The notes beneath the pieces were generated by a model. It was not told the origin of the DNA. It saw only the letters and a list, made by a program, of their open reading frames with translations, and ran no database searches. From contig JAUCBJ010001594.1 of the NCBI GenBank assembly GCA_032718475.1, positions 6,540 through 70,539 on the forward strand: 64,000 nucleotides of DNA. The letters are read 5' to 3'. Below are positions 61,440 to 64,000 of this stretch, in pieces. Each line of letters begins with the position of its first letter. Position 1 is the stretch's first letter. Source of the DNA: Nemertoderma westbladi. Lineage: Eukaryota; Animalia; Xenacoelomorpha. A program made the translations under genes and the position numbers.

Positions 61440-63005
61440 CACAACTTCGAGTTTGAAGTTGCCCGATCATGATCTTGACCATGATCAGCAAAGATCAGTT
61501 TTGATCAGCAATCGGACACTTAAGGCTTGCTCCAATCGAAAAACTTAACATTACAAAAAGATTCAGCGACCCCACATTAGTCATGATTCCCGTTAAAAGA
61601 TATAAAAAAAGTGAATTCTTCCTGATCAAAACACAAGATCATGATCGCGCAAAGATCGGACTTCGTAAAATCGTAACTAAGCATTTTGGATATAAACAAT
61701 TACTGTAGGAAACGTTCAGAACACCGCCCTGAGTCGATTAAAAAAAAATTGGCTCGATCGGACAACCGGTTCTCGAGATCTGATACCTGATCATTAAAGA
61801 TCGTGTTTTTCGGTTTTTTCAAGTTTTCTCGAAAACTTTGTTTGAGACCCCCGATTTTTTTTTTACGAATTGACTTTTATGATGAAGGGGCAACTTTTGA
61901 GCATTTCGAAATTTCCAAAAAGCGATTTGATCAGGCCGCGATCAGAAAGATCGTGTTTTCGGTATTATTTCGAAGACCAAGTCCTGGGAGTTCACCATAT
62001 GGAAAAACTTAACATCACAAAAAGATTCCTCACCCTCGAATTATGGGGGGTAGCCAAAATTTGGGCATAAAAAAGTTCAAGTCTAGTGGGTCAAAACTCA
62101 AGATCATGATCGCGAAAAGATCAGTATATTTAAAATCGAATCTAAGCATTTTTCTAATAAACATTCATTGTAAGAAATGTTCAATGGTCTATTCTGAGTT
62201 GATTAAAAAAAAATTGGCTCGATCGGTCAACCGGTTCTCGAGATGAGCTTCTTGATCATAAAAGATCGTGTTTTTCGGTTTTTCCAGATTTTCTCGAAAA
62301 CTTTGTTTGAGACCCCCGATTTTTTTTTACTAATCGACTTCTATTAAGAAGGGGCAACTTTTAAGCATTTCAAAATTTTCAAAAACCAATTTGATCAGGC
62401 CATGATCAGGAAAGATCATGTTTTCGGTTTTATTTCGAAGACCAAGTCCTGTGAGTTCACCGTATGAAAAAACTTAACATTACAAAAACATTCCTCACCC
62501 TCGAATTAGGGGGGGGGTAGCCAAAATTTGACCATAATAAAGTTCAATTCTAGGGGGTCAAAAGATCATGATCGCGAAATGATCAGTTTTTTCGAAATTA
62601 CTTCTAAGCATTTTGGGGCAAAACTTTCAAACTAAAAAACATTCACTGGAGTGTTCTAAGTAGATTAAAAAAAATTTCGACTCAATAGGCCTACCGGTAC
62701 CGGAGATATGGTCTTCCAAATTCTGCTTCCGGTAATTCGAAAATATTTCGAAAACCCTTGATCGATTTTTTTTCTTGAAAAAATGTGAATGTACAGTTAC
62801 TGGACCCGCATCTAACGATATATCATAATCCGTATTTCGGATGACAGGTACCTGTGAAATCAGACTTTACCGAAAAAAAATTCAAATTTTTGCAACTCAT
62901 GTCTGACTATCTCGAAAACTATAACAGATATGGAAATACTTTCACTGCAAGAAATGTTCGCCTATCCAATGCACTTCTAACTCTGTGCTCGGATTTTGCA
63001 TAGTG
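61440..63005. repeat. ~460-bp degenerate tandem repeats, probably internal to a non-autonomous DNA transposon
   Basis: GAAAAACTTAACAT(T/C)ACAAAAA recurs at ~61539, ~62002 and ~62466, and GATCATGATC palindromes are abundant. A possible CATAGTG terminus lies at ~63005. The left end and TSD were not found. Confidence 0.7.
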
Positions 63006-64000
63006 TCAAAACCTAGTACTTAACCCCACCAGCGGAGGGAACGGAGTGACCGGAGCGCCAGTACTATCTTTCATTATTATGTAGTAATAAGGGTGGTGGG
63101 TGGGGTAGGTGGTGAACACACCCGGGTTGAAATTCTTAGTATATTTCCTAAGTTCTAAACAAGTCTGCTTAGAAAGACTTAGAACGCTTAGCAACGCTGG
63201 TGCCAAGGGTGAGTAAAGTACTTAACAAATTTTCCAATCTCATAAAAAGGACATTGCAAGTTTATAATGTTTAGCAAGTTGTTGCTATGTGACTGACAAG
63301 TATTACAGGATATATAAACGTGCTTTATATGTAACCGATGATATATGCAAGCACTTTGCAAGTGTAATGAACTAATAACATGCGCATTACAAATCTAGCA
63401 TATATCTGCAATTTATATATTCCTGGCACTAGTTCGAACCTGCGTCGCTAATTTTTTTAAGTAATAATTATTTTTGAAAAATAAATGTTGTGGGAAGAGT
63501 GGCGGTTAGCTTTCGAATGAAAGTAAATGATGACCCCCCCCCCCCCCCCCCCCCCCCCCCTGAGTCAAGAGAAACAACACATGGAACATCATAGTGAGTG
63601 ATGTACTATATGCTATGCACTTGTGTTTGGTTTGATACTCTTTGTTGCAACCCCCCCCCCCCCCCCCCCCCCATTACATATGTAAACAAATTAATACAGA
63701 GACTCTTAATGTTTTTAATATAAACAACATATCAACAAACATATTATCACGCTCTACGTTACATAGATATATACACATCAGATCTAAACGCGTAAATACT
63801 GTAGGTCTACACTAAAACACAGGTACGTCGGAAAAATTTATCCAAAAAGTTAAAAAATGGTATTCCTCATTTCTGTTTATGCAATAAAACCATTTAATTC
63901 AAATTTGTAATCTTATCAAGCGCTACAGTAGATTACGACTTGAGCACGAAATAAAACAGAAAATTTATCACCCGTCATATAAAGTTACCAATAACATCAT

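Overview
Repeat-rich eukaryotic, most likely invertebrate animal, genomic DNA. The left third holds a 7.8-kb 23-bp satellite, an intact CpG-rich CDC25 phosphatase gene with a single coding exon (9828-11381), several minisatellites and MITEs, and an RTE-like LINE interrupted by a Penelope-like element that carries a minimal hammerhead ribozyme. It also holds an intact 387-aa ORF resembling a degenerate PH-RhoGAP. Positions 27984-59199 are a nest of two copies of one very large BEL/Pao LTR retrotransposon family. An internally deleted + strand copy (TSD CTCTG) has a 17.4-kb - strand copy (35675-53116, TSD AAACG) inserted in its integrase. The family has two unusual traits. First, a >1250-codon accessory ORF between pol and the 3' LTR encodes a DEDDy/WRN-like 3'-5' exonuclease domain plus CCHC zinc knuckles. 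Second, there is no tRNA primer-binding site: the 11 nt after each 5' LTR are exactly complementary to an 11-mer inside the same LTR and co-vary between the two copies, which suggests self-priming. All calls are by eye; no database searches were run.
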